DNA of 64,000 nucleotides from the NCBI GenBank assembly GCA_034530615.2, contig JAVRCV020000062.1, forward strand, positions 1-64,000, in the 5' to 3' direction. This DNA is from Aulosira sp. ZfuVER01 (lineage in GTDB: Bacteria; Cyanobacteriota; Cyanobacteriia; Cyanobacteriales; Nostocaceae). Of this stretch, positions 1 to 11,684 are shown piece after piece. Made by a program: the position numbers and the translations under genes. The notes under the pieces were generated by a model that worked only from the letters and a program-made list of their open reading frames with translations, searched no databases and was not told the origin of the DNA. Positions within the stretch are counted from its first letter, which is position 1, and each line of letters opens with the position of its first letter.

Positions 1-129
1 CACCCATTTATAAGTTTGGCGTAGTTTAGCGCATCTTCATACAGAATTGGTATAAGGCGTAGTTGCCTTATCGTTGATGCCTCACTTGAGGGTTTTCACC
101 AACCGCGACCATAGACTATCCAGCAATAG

Positions 130-2190
130 TTAGGTATTTGAGGGTTGATCGATAAAGATTAAACTTGCCAGAACTTGTACTTTTCTGAGTTCGCGCACAA
201 GAGACTGGGCTTGATATTTATATAGTGGTGTTGGTAATACCCCAGGCAAATTATTCATCCATTGCCTAGCAGTAGCGAAACTACATCCCGTAATTAAGGC
301 GATTTCCTCTGCACCATCAGCAAGAGCATTTTTAGTCAAAGCTTTTTCAATCTGCACCTGCCAAAGGCGAGGCAGCATTTCACCCCATTCAATTCGCTGT
401 AAACCACGGCTTGTGGCTAAAACAATTAAGCGATCGCCAGCGTTAAGCTTAACATCATTCCAGAGCATTAATGAGTAGTTTTCTTGGCGATATTTCTGGT
501 AGAGAATTGGTACTACACTGTAGCCATGAGCTATCTCAGATAGCAGCAACCCGTTGAGAGTATCACCATTTTCGATGTTGTATTCTGTCACCATGACTAA
601 TTGATTGCTTAAGCGAAATAAGCTGAGAACGTTTTCGCCAAAGGCAGCACAAGCAAAAACTTCTGCCGACAAAGCCGCGCCACAGAGAACTTGAGCATAG
701 GGAAACAGTGGGGCGATATTATCACTAAAACGGCGATCTTGAGAACGGATAATCAAGCGAGTGGCGGGGTTCATAGCATGAGCCATCAGCGCAATCTCCA
801 GATTTTCCATGTTATCGTCGCCAACTAATACGATGTTTTTAGCATGGGAAATATTCGCCTGAGGAAGCGCTTCGATAGCATTACCAACAATCAAGGGCAG
901 ATCGGCTAAGGCTGGTTGGTCGAGATTTGTAGTATCAATTCCTACTAACGGCTGGTTGAGATCTTGCAAAATCGCAGCTACTCTCTGCCCTAACTGATTT
1001 AAGCCAATCAGTACCACATGGTTGCGTTGGGGAATGGGAGGATGAGAATTGAAAAACTGAAACCTCGAAGTAACAAGAGCATCAGTTAGCAACGCATACA
1101 AGACTCCTACAAAAGCTTGACCTGTCAAAGTCAGTCCTAGGCTAAATAACCGCAACCACCACGGCATTTGATCTGAGGGTTGTGCTTGCGATGCAAACTC
1201 AACGCCACCAAATAAATCTCCGTATCCTCCCAAAAGCAATATTGCTGTTGCATAGAAAGCTTCTTGCAGGGTAATTTGAGGATAATACAAGCGGTAAAGA
1301 ACTATTCCTAGAAGCCACAGAGTGAGGACGGTAATTGCATAGATTGTGGCAATCCGGCGAATTTGATTTTGGCTTTGGTAGTAAGATTGCCAAAATTGCC
1401 CTAATTTTTGCAAGAGATTTTTGGGTGTGATGCTATGGAAAAACTGTTGCCACTGCCACTTTTGACGGTGATAATTTTTGGTATCTTGCTCAGATAAAGC
1501 TAGCTCGTATGCAACATTAATATAAACTAGTGTGTCTCCCACCTGCACCTCTGCCTCTGGGTTCCACTCAAACAATTCTATGGATGGGTGAGATGAAACA
1601 GGTGTATGACTCAAGATGTGGCGAGTTGTAAGATTGAGTCTATGTACTGGCTTGCCAATACACCAACTATCCTTTGGTTGTACCTGATGCTCGATTACTT
1701 GTAAAAGTTGCCCTTCTAAGGTGAAATAACCAATAGCTTCAGAGTCGAGAGCTGTGAGAGCGAAAGCCTGAGCAGAGAGTTGGGTAGGCTCAAAGGCAGC
1801 GAAATTACCGAGATTATCGTATAAAAGTTTATTAAAATTTTGTTTATCAGAACGTACTATCAGGCGAACTTGCGGATTCAGACGCCTTGCTGCAAAGGCA
1901 GCTTCTATATTCAACCGTTCATTTCTAGTTAGTAACAGTATTGAGCGACACTGGCGTATACCTGCCTGCTCTAAAACACTTGGCTGGCGGCAGTCTCCGA
2001 TAATTAGCTTTTCTAGTAAGCTTGGTACTTCTGGGATTTCCCAATATTCGGGCTGTACATCGTCAATGGCGTTGACTTTAACATCGTACTCCTTGAGGAC
2101 TGCAACACAATGTTGCCCTAAACTTTGCAGTCCGCATACTAAGAAAAGGTCTTGCTGTTTTGCTCGATCGCTGGTGCCATGAGTGTCCAC
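130..2190 (-). CDS. TrkA/RCK-domain potassium channel-like protein
   Basis: Two Rossmann-like RCK_N domains (LVCGLQSLG, VLIGLNQLG) flank TM-pore-TM with an LLGGYGD filter-like motif; GTG start. Confidence 0.8.
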   Translation of the reverse strand: MDTHGTSDRAKQQDLFLVCGLQSLGQHCVAVLKEYDVKVNAIDDVQPEYWEIPEVPSLLEKLIIGDCRQPSVLEQAGIRQCRSILLLTRNERLNIEAAFAARRLNPQVRLIVRSDKQNFNKLLYDNLGNFAAFEPTQLSAQAFALTALDSEAIGYFTLEGQLLQVIEHQVQPKDSWCIGKPVHRLNLTTRHILSHTPVSSHPSIELFEWNPEAEVQVGDTLVYINVAYELALSEQDTKNYHRQKWQWQQFFHSITPKNLLQKLGQFWQSYYQSQNQIRRIATIYAITVLTLWLLGIVLYRLYYPQITLQEAFYATAILLLGGYGDLFGGVEFASQAQPSDQMPWWLRLFSLGLTLTGQAFVGVLYALLTDALVTSRFQFFNSHPPIPQRNHVVLIGLNQLGQRVAAILQDLNQPLVGIDTTNLDQPALADLPLIVGNAIEALPQANISHAKNIVLVGDDNMENLEIALMAHAMNPATRLIIRSQDRRFSDNIAPLFPYAQVLCGAALSAEVFACAAFGENVLSLFRLSNQLVMVTEYNIENGDTLNGLLLSEIAHGYSVVPILYQKYRQENYSLMLWNDVKLNAGDRLIVLATSRGLQRIEWGEMLPRLWQVQIEKALTKNALADGAEEIALITGCSFATARQWMNNLPGVLPTPLYKYQAQSLVRELRKVQVLASLIFIDQPSNT

Positions 2191-2314
2191 TTGCGGCTGA
2201 TGGCAGCATTTAGTACTGCTAACAGGATATTTTTACTAGGATTATATCTCAGCGATCGCCTCATCGTTGGCAACTGCGATCGCAGGATGGAAAACCCGCG
2301 ATCGGTGATTTCTG

Positions 2315-3307
<993 letters not shown>

Positions 3308-3523
3308 TTATCTAGAATCTCACGCCAATGACTTCTATTAACACGAGTGATATCGAAAGCAACAGATTGTTATCTTCGCATCGAATAGCCACACTCTTTG
3401 CATATAAAGGCTTTTATATATTGCATAGCTATCTACTAAATACTCCAGCAAAAATGGGGATAAATGCTTGCAAACTGTTTAAAAAAGACTCAAAATCTAC
3501 TTTGAACATTACAATTCACCATT

Positions 3524-4309
3524 ATGGTTAATCAAGTCACGCCAATCGTGAACTTGCAACCCCGCAAATTAGTTAACTATCTATTTTTGACCACGTTGCT
3601 TGCAAGCTCGACAACTATAGGTGCAATCGCTCAAACTCCCACCCCTACACCCAGCCCTAGTGTTACAGATATTAAAGGCGATCGCTATGCCAAAGAAATT
3701 GAGTACGCCGTCACCGCCAAAATTATCAGTGGATTTGAGGATAACACCTTTCGTCCGCAAGCTACCCTGACACGAGAACAGATGGTGTCGATGGTAGTGG
3801 AATCCTTAAAGCAAGCACCGCTGAAAAAAGATAATTTACCTTTTGACGAACCGCCACCGCCCAAACTGCCAACAATACCCACACAAGCAACTCAAAATCC
3901 CTTTCCTGATGTGGACAAAACACGTTGGAGTGCTGCCAAAATACAGTATGTGCGCGACTTGGGGATATTTCGCGGCTATGCAGATGGCAAATTTCGCCCG
4001 ACGCAAGCGGTTACTCGTGCGGAACTAGTGGTAGTTTTGGACGCAGCTTACCGCTACGTTGTTGAACTGCGAGGTTGGGATGGACGAGATCAGTTTGAGG
4101 GCGATAAGCCAATCGATTTTAGCGATACTAAAAATCATTGGGCGCGGGATACAATCCACAAGATGTCAGCCTACTGTCGCGCCGCCTCTCCTTTAAATGA
4201 GACAGGTACAGCATTTGCGCCTAATCGTGCTGCTCAACGCAATTATGCAGCCGCCGCGATCGTGCGAACAGCGCAGTGTTGGAATATTCCAATGCGACCA
4301 CCTTCGTAA
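3524..4309 (+). CDS. Secreted S-layer homology (SLH) domain protein
   Basis: Signal peptide, PT linker and three SLH-like repeats (GFEDNTFRPQATLTRE, GYADGKFRPTQAVTRAE, FSDTKNHWA). Confidence 0.85.
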   Translation: MVNQVTPIVNLQPRKLVNYLFLTTLLASSTTIGAIAQTPTPTPSPSVTDIKGDRYAKEIEYAVTAKIISGFEDNTFRPQATLTREQMVSMVVESLKQAPLKKDNLPFDEPPPPKLPTIPTQATQNPFPDVDKTRWSAAKIQYVRDLGIFRGYADGKFRPTQAVTRAELVVVLDAAYRYVVELRGWDGRDQFEGDKPIDFSDTKNHWARDTIHKMSAYCRAASPLNETGTAFAPNRAAQRNYAAAAIVRTAQCWNIPMRPPS

Positions 4310-4380
4310 AGTTGTTGAGTGAGAATTGAGAGATGCGATCGCTACTTTTACATAATCCCAAAACTCAGCAAGATAAACAA

Positions 4381-4413
4381 AGGGTTCTAGTTGCTAGTTA
4401 CGACTAGAACCCT
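4381..4413. terminator. Hairpin between convergent genes
   Basis: AGGGTTCTAGTTG...CGACTAGAACCCT inverted repeat between the SLH and serine hydrolase genes. Confidence 0.6.
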
Positions 4414-4436
4414 GATGAATTTCCTAAACTTATCTT

Positions 4437-5639
4437 CTACTCTGTTAATGAGTTAACAAACGTATCTTTCACAATCCCTCGCAAAGAAAAGCCGTTTGTA
4501 CCAATAGGTGAATTTACAAACACTACGAGTTCCATATCATTTGGCAAAAAGTAAGCAACACTTTGCTCGGTTCTGCCATTACTACGCCACAAACCGTTTT
4601 TATTGTAAATCTTACCTGCTGGAGTATTGAGTGCCTGATCAATGCCAAAGTAATTGTCGAGCATATATTGTGCTTTTTGCGCAGGAATAATAGTGTTTCT
4701 GCGCCGCACATGGTTCATCACATTCAGCAGTTCTTTAGTTGATAATCTCCAACCAGCACCACCTGCAACCGAAGCAAGATCTCCGGAGTTCCATCCATCA
4801 TTATTGTTATGTGGGAACAGGTAAGCTAGGGCATTTTTAGTGCTAGAGATAGGCGTGAAGTCAACGTTGCTAACACCAGCAGGTGTAAATACATTAGCTT
4901 GCATATAGTTTTTGTAGTGGGAAAGAGTTACTACATCCCAAACTTGGTCTTGGCTGATGGGGAAGGGTACAGGAAAGTTTGCATCTTTGCTAATGTTGCC
5001 ATTGATGATAGGAATCAGAATACGGCACAAACCAAAGTTCATATTCTCATAATCATAAGAACCTACTTGTGTTACTCCATCTGCAACTTTACTTTTCATA
5101 AAAGTATAACTGGAGGAAGAACTACCAGTATTAAATCCTGATGTATGAGTTAATAAGTGGCGAAAGGTTATCTTGTCGATATTCTTGCCTTTGCCCCAGT
5201 AATTTGGTAAATAATTAATAATTTTAGTATCGTAAGATATTTGCTTATCATCTAACAATTTGACCAAGCCAACTGCGGTAAGAAACTTACTGACACTAGC
5301 AACGTGCATCCGTGTATCTTCAGTCCAACCTTGACCTTTGTCAGCAGGAGTTTGTGCCCAATTCCAAATCAAATTATAAATAAGGTTGCCTTTGTGGCGA
5401 AGTTGTAAAATATATCCGGTTACAGAGTCTTTTAAACTATTATGCATAGCCTTGCCAAAGGTATCTACATTCAATTTAGAAGGGTTACTAAATTGTCTAT
5501 TGAGCAGATGAATATTATATCTTTCTTCTCTAGACTCATTTACCTCTTCTATTTCTATGTTTTGTAAATGCTCTGGCTCAATAACGTGTGCTGCTATTTC
5601 ATCTACTGTTAGTTCACCAAAGATATTGACATTATTCAT
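4437..5639 (-). CDS. Beta-lactamase-family serine hydrolase
   Basis: SxxK (ASVSK), LLTHTSG, YxN (YENMNF) and KNG motifs; ATG at 5639 preceded by AGGAG is preferred over the ORF-track start at 5750. Confidence 0.85.
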   Translation of the reverse strand: MNNVNIFGELTVDEIAAHVIEPEHLQNIEIEEVNESREERYNIHLLNRQFSNPSKLNVDTFGKAMHNSLKDSVTGYILQLRHKGNLIYNLIWNWAQTPADKGQGWTEDTRMHVASVSKFLTAVGLVKLLDDKQISYDTKIINYLPNYWGKGKNIDKITFRHLLTHTSGFNTGSSSSSYTFMKSKVADGVTQVGSYDYENMNFGLCRILIPIINGNISKDANFPVPFPISQDQVWDVVTLSHYKNYMQANVFTPAGVSNVDFTPISSTKNALAYLFPHNNNDGWNSGDLASVAGGAGWRLSTKELLNVMNHVRRRNTIIPAQKAQYMLDNYFGIDQALNTPAGKIYNKNGLWRSNGRTEQSVAYFLPNDMELVVFVNSPIGTNGFSLRGIVKDTFVNSLTE

Positions 5640-6248
5640 AGTGACGTTCTCCTGGTTAAAATGATTACTCTCTAGTAATTGAGTTGTAAAATTATTATTC
5701 TGTAAGTAATAGACTAGATTGCTAATTATAGAACTTGCGTGATTATCCAAAATATACAGAATGTTTAACTTGGATGATGCAGACAGTAAAGAATTAATTT
5801 ATAGCCACTTCTAAATGGTTTTCTCAAAGTAGCTTTGATTTTCACTGTGTTTGTTGCATCTGTATTTAGTAATCACCATGCTCTAGATTAATTCCGCAAA
5901 ATAAAAATCAGGTTTTAAAATTTATTGAAGTTGTATGATTTGTTATGAGTAAAACCCAGCCCCGATGATGGAAATAAAGACTAGCGATCGCACAAATTTC
6001 CAGAAACCCCTACTTATTATGTACAGTTTTCCACACAGTCATAAAGTTTGGTGTAAGGCACAATAATAAGTGGGTCTGCAATGATATTCTCAGATCCACC
6101 TTATAGAAGAAGCAAATATACTAGGCAAACCGCTTTGGAGCAATTAACCAAGGCGGTTTATTGTTTGATCTGAATCCCAGATTAATATAGTGGGAATAAT
6201 ACTCACAGTAGAGAAACAAGTTCTCCCACATTTACTAAGGCTAGGATC

Positions 6249-6809
6249 ATGAATCAAGGAAAGAAACCACCACATCAAAATTCTTTTACTGCTTGGAAAT
6301 GGTTAGTACGAGGTTGGCGACGTGGTATAGATGAATTGCATAAGTCGAATAAACAACAGCTAGAAAACGAAAAGCGAGCGGTTGCTAATGCCTGGTTTCC
6401 TTGGCTGGCGGTAGCTGAATTATTTGTTATCTATCTTCTGACAGGAGCTTTGCTAACAATAGCGACAGCTGTATGGACATGGGGGTGGATATTGTGGATT
6501 TTGGCAATTGGATTATCCCTATTACTGAATACTACGGCGGTTGGAGAGTGGACATTTGTAGATGATTTAATAGCAGATAACTTTTGCCTGAGTCTTATTC
6601 TGGGATCGCTTTGGACAGCGATCGCTTTCCCTTGGTGTAAAACTGCTGAAGGTCTCGATGCTATCTTTCGAGCTTGGATTTTTAGGACTTTCCAGACAAA
6701 TTGGTTATCAGATATCTTGCGACAATTTTTACCACTTTGCTGTTTTACTGTCTTAATTTTTTTGGAAGGTCTTGGACTTTGGTTAGGTTATCAAGTTAGT
6801 ATTTTGTAG
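6249..6809 (+). CDS. Hypothetical Trp-rich membrane protein
   Basis: 186-aa ORF with several hydrophobic segments; AGGA before ATG. Confidence 0.55.
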   Translation: MNQGKKPPHQNSFTAWKWLVRGWRRGIDELHKSNKQQLENEKRAVANAWFPWLAVAELFVIYLLTGALLTIATAVWTWGWILWILAIGLSLLLNTTAVGEWTFVDDLIADNFCLSLILGSLWTAIAFPWCKTAEGLDAIFRAWIFRTFQTNWLSDILRQFLPLCCFTVLIFLEGLGLWLGYQVSIL

Positions 6810-6870
6810 GGTAGCAGTTATATATTTAAATTGCCCATTAACTGGAATTTTGTCAAAGGTATTGATAGAT

Positions 6871-7305
6871 CTATTGCATATTCAAAACAAAGCCCAAGCT
6901 TGTACCTAATAATGTACCCAATATAATTGACAGAAAATATATTCCAGCTTTGCGCCAGTTATATTCACTTGTGAACATGGCACGAAAAGCTGTTATGTAA
7001 CCAATCAAAAATAATACTAAATAGAATCCCAGCATGATGATATCGAAAATAATCCCGTCTGAACCGGAATAACTGGGTGTATTTCCTGTTTCTGAGGACA
7101 AAGTGTCAAAAATATTTGCTAGAGAAAGACCTGCGAAAGGTAGGAGAATCAAGCCTGAGACGGCAGCATAAATTATTGCCCATTTAACTCCTTTTTGCCA
7201 AGCGATTAAGAAAGCACCAGTGGTAAAAGATAGGAATAAAAATATCAATGTCGATCGCTTGATTTGATGCTGCTCAGTCGAGAATCTTTTTTTGTTGAGC
7301 TTCAT
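6871..7305 (-). CDS. Hypothetical 4-TM membrane protein
   Basis: 144-aa ORF with four hydrophobic helices. Confidence 0.6.
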   Translation of the reverse strand: MKLNKKRFSTEQHQIKRSTLIFLFLSFTTGAFLIAWQKGVKWAIIYAAVSGLILLPFAGLSLANIFDTLSSETGNTPSYSGSDGIIFDIIMLGFYLVLFLIGYITAFRAMFTSEYNWRKAGIYFLSIILGTLLGTSLGFVLNMQ

Positions 7306-7347
7306 GGTTGCATTGGTTTTTTAGTAACACCTTTGCTGGAAAAGAGC

Positions 7348-7370
7348 AAAAAACCCCTGATAGGCAGGGG
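7348..7370 (-). terminator. Intrinsic terminator downstream of the methyltransferase
   Basis: Minus strand reads CCCCTG-CCTAT-CAGGGG-TTTTTT. Confidence 0.7.
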
Positions 7371-7474
7371 AGTATCAACTCTAGGAGGTCGTATTATATA
7401 TAGCTATCACGGGACAGTTTAAAGATTATGCAAAGTGGCAGAAAAAAATGCTGTAGCGATCGCTTATTTTCGGT

Positions 7475-8425
7475 TTATCCCAGCTTTCTCGCCACAATAG
7501 TACGATGGCGCGGATCGCTAGCCACCGTAACTGGTTGAGCAAAACCTACAGCCTGCAATGTTGCTTCAATATCAAAAGTGTAGTAGTCATCGCTCCAAGG
7601 TTCGGTGCTTTTCATCAACGTAAATAGAACTGGCGGCAGGTTTTGGATGACTGGGGATTTTGGGTTATTATCTACCAGTGCGATCGCTCCACCAGGTCGC
7701 AGCAGTCGCAAAGCTTCGGCGAAAATTGCTTTACTGGCGTACCCTGGCAGTTCATGGGTGACAAACTGGAGTGTCACCAAATCGAAGGAGTTATCTGGTA
7801 GTTTTGTATTTTCCGCTTGGGCGTGAATCCACTGTGATATCTCACCCTTGACATCGCGATCGCGAGCGACAGCGAGCATATATGGTGATAAATCAAGCCC
7901 AACTGTACGTACAGGATGACTCTGCTTTTGTTGATAGTAACGGTGTAGCGCTAGAGTAGACACACCCACTGAGCAACCTATATCTAGGATATCCCTTACT
8001 TCCTGCGGCCCGTAGGTAGCGAGGACTTGATGAAAGCTGCCTCTCAACCGTGCATGAGCAGCTTCCCAAGTTAGATTTTCTTTCGGCCAAACCCGCAACG
8101 CCATTGCGTAAGTAGCTGACTCCGTTTCAAAAGCCGCATCCCAGCAAAGATTACCCTTAGAGTAGGCATGGAAAGGTACTTTATAGTAGTCAGGATAAAC
8201 AACATCGGGGTTAGTTACCTGTGATAACTGCTGTTTTACTCCCGATGATTTGAGCGCCTCGTAGTTTTTGCGCCAGGGAACGCCGTTTTTCTCAGCGGTT
8301 TTGATGAGTACTTGCCTGGCTTGATGTTTCATCAATTTGTAGATGGGTTTAGTCTGGATCAGGAGATTAACGAACTTGGAGAGCGTTTCTTTTCCCGCCC
8401 AGTCTGGTTTTAGCTTGTTGTTCAT
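7475..8425 (-). CDS. Class I SAM-dependent methyltransferase
   Basis: ILDIGCSVG motif I, GLDLSPYML, SFDLV and LLRPGG motifs. Confidence 0.9.
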   Translation of the reverse strand: MNNKLKPDWAGKETLSKFVNLLIQTKPIYKLMKHQARQVLIKTAEKNGVPWRKNYEALKSSGVKQQLSQVTNPDVVYPDYYKVPFHAYSKGNLCWDAAFETESATYAMALRVWPKENLTWEAAHARLRGSFHQVLATYGPQEVRDILDIGCSVGVSTLALHRYYQQKQSHPVRTVGLDLSPYMLAVARDRDVKGEISQWIHAQAENTKLPDNSFDLVTLQFVTHELPGYASKAIFAEALRLLRPGGAIALVDNNPKSPVIQNLPPVLFTLMKSTEPWSDDYYTFDIEATLQAVGFAQPVTVASDPRHRTIVARKLG

Positions 8426-8736
8426 TGGCTTGCAAAAATAGAGGCAAGATAACTAATAGGTGGAAACCAACATAATTATCAGGGTTATCAGTTACCTGTT
8501 CTCATGAAATCAAAGTGAGTAAGCTGAATGCTCAGGGCAATCCTGATAATTTATATTGATTAATGCCTATATGCTTATATATATTTTAAGTTTTAAAGGG
8601 TATCGCGCTGCAAAGATTTAGGTTAGTTAGAGTCAAACTACCTAACGAGATTTTTTGCTCAATCATATTAAGAGCAATGTTTGGCGATGATTCAGCCAGC
8701 TACAACAAGCCCTTTAAGACTTTGGGAAAATCCGCC

Positions 8737-10074
8737 TCAACTTCCCAAGGAAGGTAAAAAACTGACAATTCCAGGAAAAGCAATAATTAATACTACTACT
8801 AATAGTTGCAGCAGAATAAACGGTACAGCACCACGATAAATATCAGATGTTGTGACTTCTGGTGGCGCAACACCACGTAGGTAGAATAAGGCAAAACCAA
8901 AGGGAGGTGTCAGGAATGAAGTTTGCAGATTTGCTCCTAACACCACCCCATACCAGACAAGATCAATGCCTAACTGCTGGGCTACTGGGACAAACAATGG
9001 AATGACAATAAAAGCAATCTCGAAAAAGTCAATAAAAAAGCCGAGGATAAATACCACTGCCATACTGACAATCAAAAAGCCAACTTTGCCGCCAGGAAGA
9101 TTGGCAAGGGCATCAAACATAAATTGATCGCCATTTAATCCTCGGAAGACTAAGCTAAAAGCTGTAGAACCGAACAGGATAAAAATCACCATGCTAGTGA
9201 TGCGCAAAGTGGTATCGCAAACCTGACGTAAAGATTCCCAGGTGAGTTGACGGTTAGCAGCAGCAAGTGCGATCGCCCCACCACAACCCACTGCGCCTGC
9301 TTCTGTGGGAGTGGCAAAGCCAAAAAATATACTTCCCAGTACCAATAAAATCAGAATTAAAGGCGGCACCATCACCTGAATTACCCGCCTTCCCAAGGCT
9401 TTCCCACCAATTTCTCGCACTTCAGCAGGCAAAGCTGGTGCTACATCTGGCTTCAAAAACGCCACAATCAGCACGTGGAGGGCAAAAGCACCCGCCATCA
9501 TCAAGCCAGGAATTACTGAACCAATGAACAAATCGCCTACCGATACACCCAGCTGATCGCCCAGTACTACCAATACCACACTCGGCGGGATAATTTGCCC
9601 TAAAGTTCCCGATGCAGCAATCACACCAGTGGCTAATTCTTTGTTGTAGCCATAGCGCAGCATAATTGGTAGAGAAATCAAACCCATTGCTACTACTGTG
9701 GCTGCTACGACACCAGTTGTAGCAGCTAGCAAAGCCCCTACTAACACCACTGCTAAGGCAAGTCCGCCGCGCAAGCGCCCTAACAAAATCCCCATCGTTT
9801 CTAAAAGTCTTTCAGCAATACCAGATTTCTCCAGCATTGCCCCCATGAAAATAAAGTAAGGGATAGCCAGCAGGGTGTAATTTGCCATGATACCAAAAAT
9901 CCGCTGTGGCATGGCAGTGAGAAATACCGGGTCAAACACACCTAGCCCAATTCCCAACAAACCAAATGCGATCGCCACACCACCCAGCGAAAAGGCTACC
10001 GGATAACCTAACGAAAGTAACACCAAAGCGCCAGCAAACATCATTGGCCCCAACCATTCATACGCTAGCGTCAT
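8737..10074 (-). CDS. dctM: TRAP transporter large permease
   Basis: Polytopic membrane protein with LAIPYF, GQIIPPS, TPTEA and LTPPFG DctM motifs. Confidence 0.93.
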   Translation of the reverse strand: MTLAYEWLGPMMFAGALVLLSLGYPVAFSLGGVAIAFGLLGIGLGVFDPVFLTAMPQRIFGIMANYTLLAIPYFIFMGAMLEKSGIAERLLETMGILLGRLRGGLALAVVLVGALLAATTGVVAATVVAMGLISLPIMLRYGYNKELATGVIAASGTLGQIIPPSVVLVVLGDQLGVSVGDLFIGSVIPGLMMAGAFALHVLIVAFLKPDVAPALPAEVREIGGKALGRRVIQVMVPPLILILLVLGSIFFGFATPTEAGAVGCGGAIALAAANRQLTWESLRQVCDTTLRITSMVIFILFGSTAFSLVFRGLNGDQFMFDALANLPGGKVGFLIVSMAVVFILGFFIDFFEIAFIVIPLFVPVAQQLGIDLVWYGVVLGANLQTSFLTPPFGFALFYLRGVAPPEVTTSDIYRGAVPFILLQLLVVVLIIAFPGIVSFLPSLGS

Positions 10075-10612
10075 GGTGTTCCTCCTCAGATATTGGATAA
10101 CCTTTGAGAATTGCCAAGTTTTTGATAGCCTGAGAAATTCCTTGAAAAATTAGCAGCACAAAACCAACGATGATCGTGGCTTTAATTGGGTAGCGCGGCA
10201 AACCACCAGGATCGGATGAAGCTTCACGAATTTGCCACGAAGCCACAATAGTATCCCACGAAAAAAATATCACCAGAATGCAGAAAGGTAACAGAAAAAA
10301 TACTGTACCTACTAAGTCTGCAAGTGCCTTGTGCCGACGCTGCCAATTACTATAAAAAATATCAACACGGACATGCTCGTTATGCTTAAGTGTGTAAGCT
10401 GCTCCCAAGAAAAAAACCAAATCAAAAATGTACCATTGAGCCTCGATGTAGGCGTTAGAAGTGAGGTTGTTGCCAGTAATCCTTCCCAAATATCGTCCTA
10501 CAACATTCCACACCCCCAGTATGACCATGATTAGTACTAGAAAACTAGTTAATCGCCCAATACGTTCAGTGCAGGCATCAATAATTCTCGAAATTTTTAA
10601 TAATTTCTCCAA
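10058..10612 (-). CDS. dctQ: TRAP transporter small permease
   Basis: 4-TM protein with GAAYTLKHNEHVRVD motif; overlaps the dctM start. Confidence 0.92.
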   Translation of the reverse strand: MEKLLKISRIIDACTERIGRLTSFLVLIMVILGVWNVVGRYLGRITGNNLTSNAYIEAQWYIFDLVFFLGAAYTLKHNEHVRVDIFYSNWQRRHKALADLVGTVFFLLPFCILVIFFSWDTIVASWQIREASSDPGGLPRYPIKATIIVGFVLLIFQGISQAIKNLAILKGYPISEEEHHDASV

Positions 10613-10746
10613 TGCTTTGCTTACCTATGGAAACTGCTGTAAAAGTAGTTTACAGCCCATGTGTAACCGTAACTTGTGGAGAATATCAAATAGGGACTGA
10701 GGGCTAAAACATCTATGAATATCGTGTCCAGTGAAAGACTGATCAA

Positions 10747-11628
10747 TTAGTTTGGAGGCAACTCCAAAGGTATGTCACCCAATAAGCCTTTACGATAATC
10801 GGTTAAAAGTTGCCTTGCTGCTCTTTCGACATCACCTGTGTAGCGATGTTCTGCTAAAGCGTGTAAGTATGCTTCTCCTGTGTGGGGTGAAGAGTCAAGT
10901 TCGTAGCGTGCTATTAATGGTGTTTTTGGTAATAAATCAGTAGCTACGTCTTGCAAATAATTAAGTATATTTACTAGTTCTGCTGCTACTAGCTGATTAT
11001 CATAAGATGCTTCGCCAATATCATCGCAAATAGCTAATTTTAATGCCGCTTCTTGATCTTCCAACTTCAGAGGAATAACACCAGGAGCATCTAATAATTC
11101 TAACTGGTCAGAAATACGCACCCACCGGAGTTGACGAGTTACTCCCGGACGAGCTGCACTTTCCACCACCCGTTTTCCCAACAGACGGTTAATTAAAGCT
11201 GATTTACCGACATTAGGAAAACCAATCACCACCGCACGAACTGGACGGGGTAACATCCCGCGATCGCGTCTTCTTTGATTGAGTTCTACTCCAGCCGCCT
11301 GTGCTGCTTTTAACACGGCTGTTACACCTTTACCCTGTTGAGCATTGGTAAAATAAGCTACTTCTCCCTGGCGTTTAAAGTAGTCCGTCCATAGCGATCG
11401 CACTTGAGGAGAAATCATATCTAATCGGTTCAGCACTAACAACCGCGTCTTACTCCCTACCCATTCATTAATTTGGGGATGGTGTGTCGCTAAGGGAATA
11501 CGCGCATCTCGTACTTCTAGTACCACATCTACTCGCTTTAGCTGTTCTTTGAGGTTCTTTTCAGCCTTAGCAATGTGACCCGGATACCATTGGATCACGT
11601 TTAATTTATAGTTTTGAGTTAAAGCCAT
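10747..11628 (-). CDS. ylqF: Ribosome biogenesis GTPase YlqF/RbgA
   Basis: IQWYPGHIAKA, DARIP, GFPNVGKS, PGVT and LLDAPG circularly permuted GTPase motifs. Confidence 0.95.
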   Translation of the reverse strand: MALTQNYKLNVIQWYPGHIAKAEKNLKEQLKRVDVVLEVRDARIPLATHHPQINEWVGSKTRLLVLNRLDMISPQVRSLWTDYFKRQGEVAYFTNAQQGKGVTAVLKAAQAAGVELNQRRRDRGMLPRPVRAVVIGFPNVGKSALINRLLGKRVVESAARPGVTRQLRWVRISDQLELLDAPGVIPLKLEDQEAALKLAICDDIGEASYDNQLVAAELVNILNYLQDVATDLLPKTPLIARYELDSSPHTGEAYLHALAEHRYTGDVERAARQLLTDYRKGLLGDIPLELPPN

Positions 11629-11670
11629 TGGTCATTTGTCCTTTGTCATTGGTGATGGGTCATTCGTCCT
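11626..11670. repeat. STRR tract (TTGGTCA/TTTGTCA heptamers)
   Basis: cattggt catttgt cctttgt cattggt degenerate heptamers. Confidence 0.7.
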
Positions 11671-11684
11671 TAATAACTCATGAT

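Noticed and set aside
10639..10653. NtcA-like sites here and at 14662-14674 and 41128-41140
   Set aside because: Spacing is GTA-N9-TAC or GTA-N7-TAC, not the required N8
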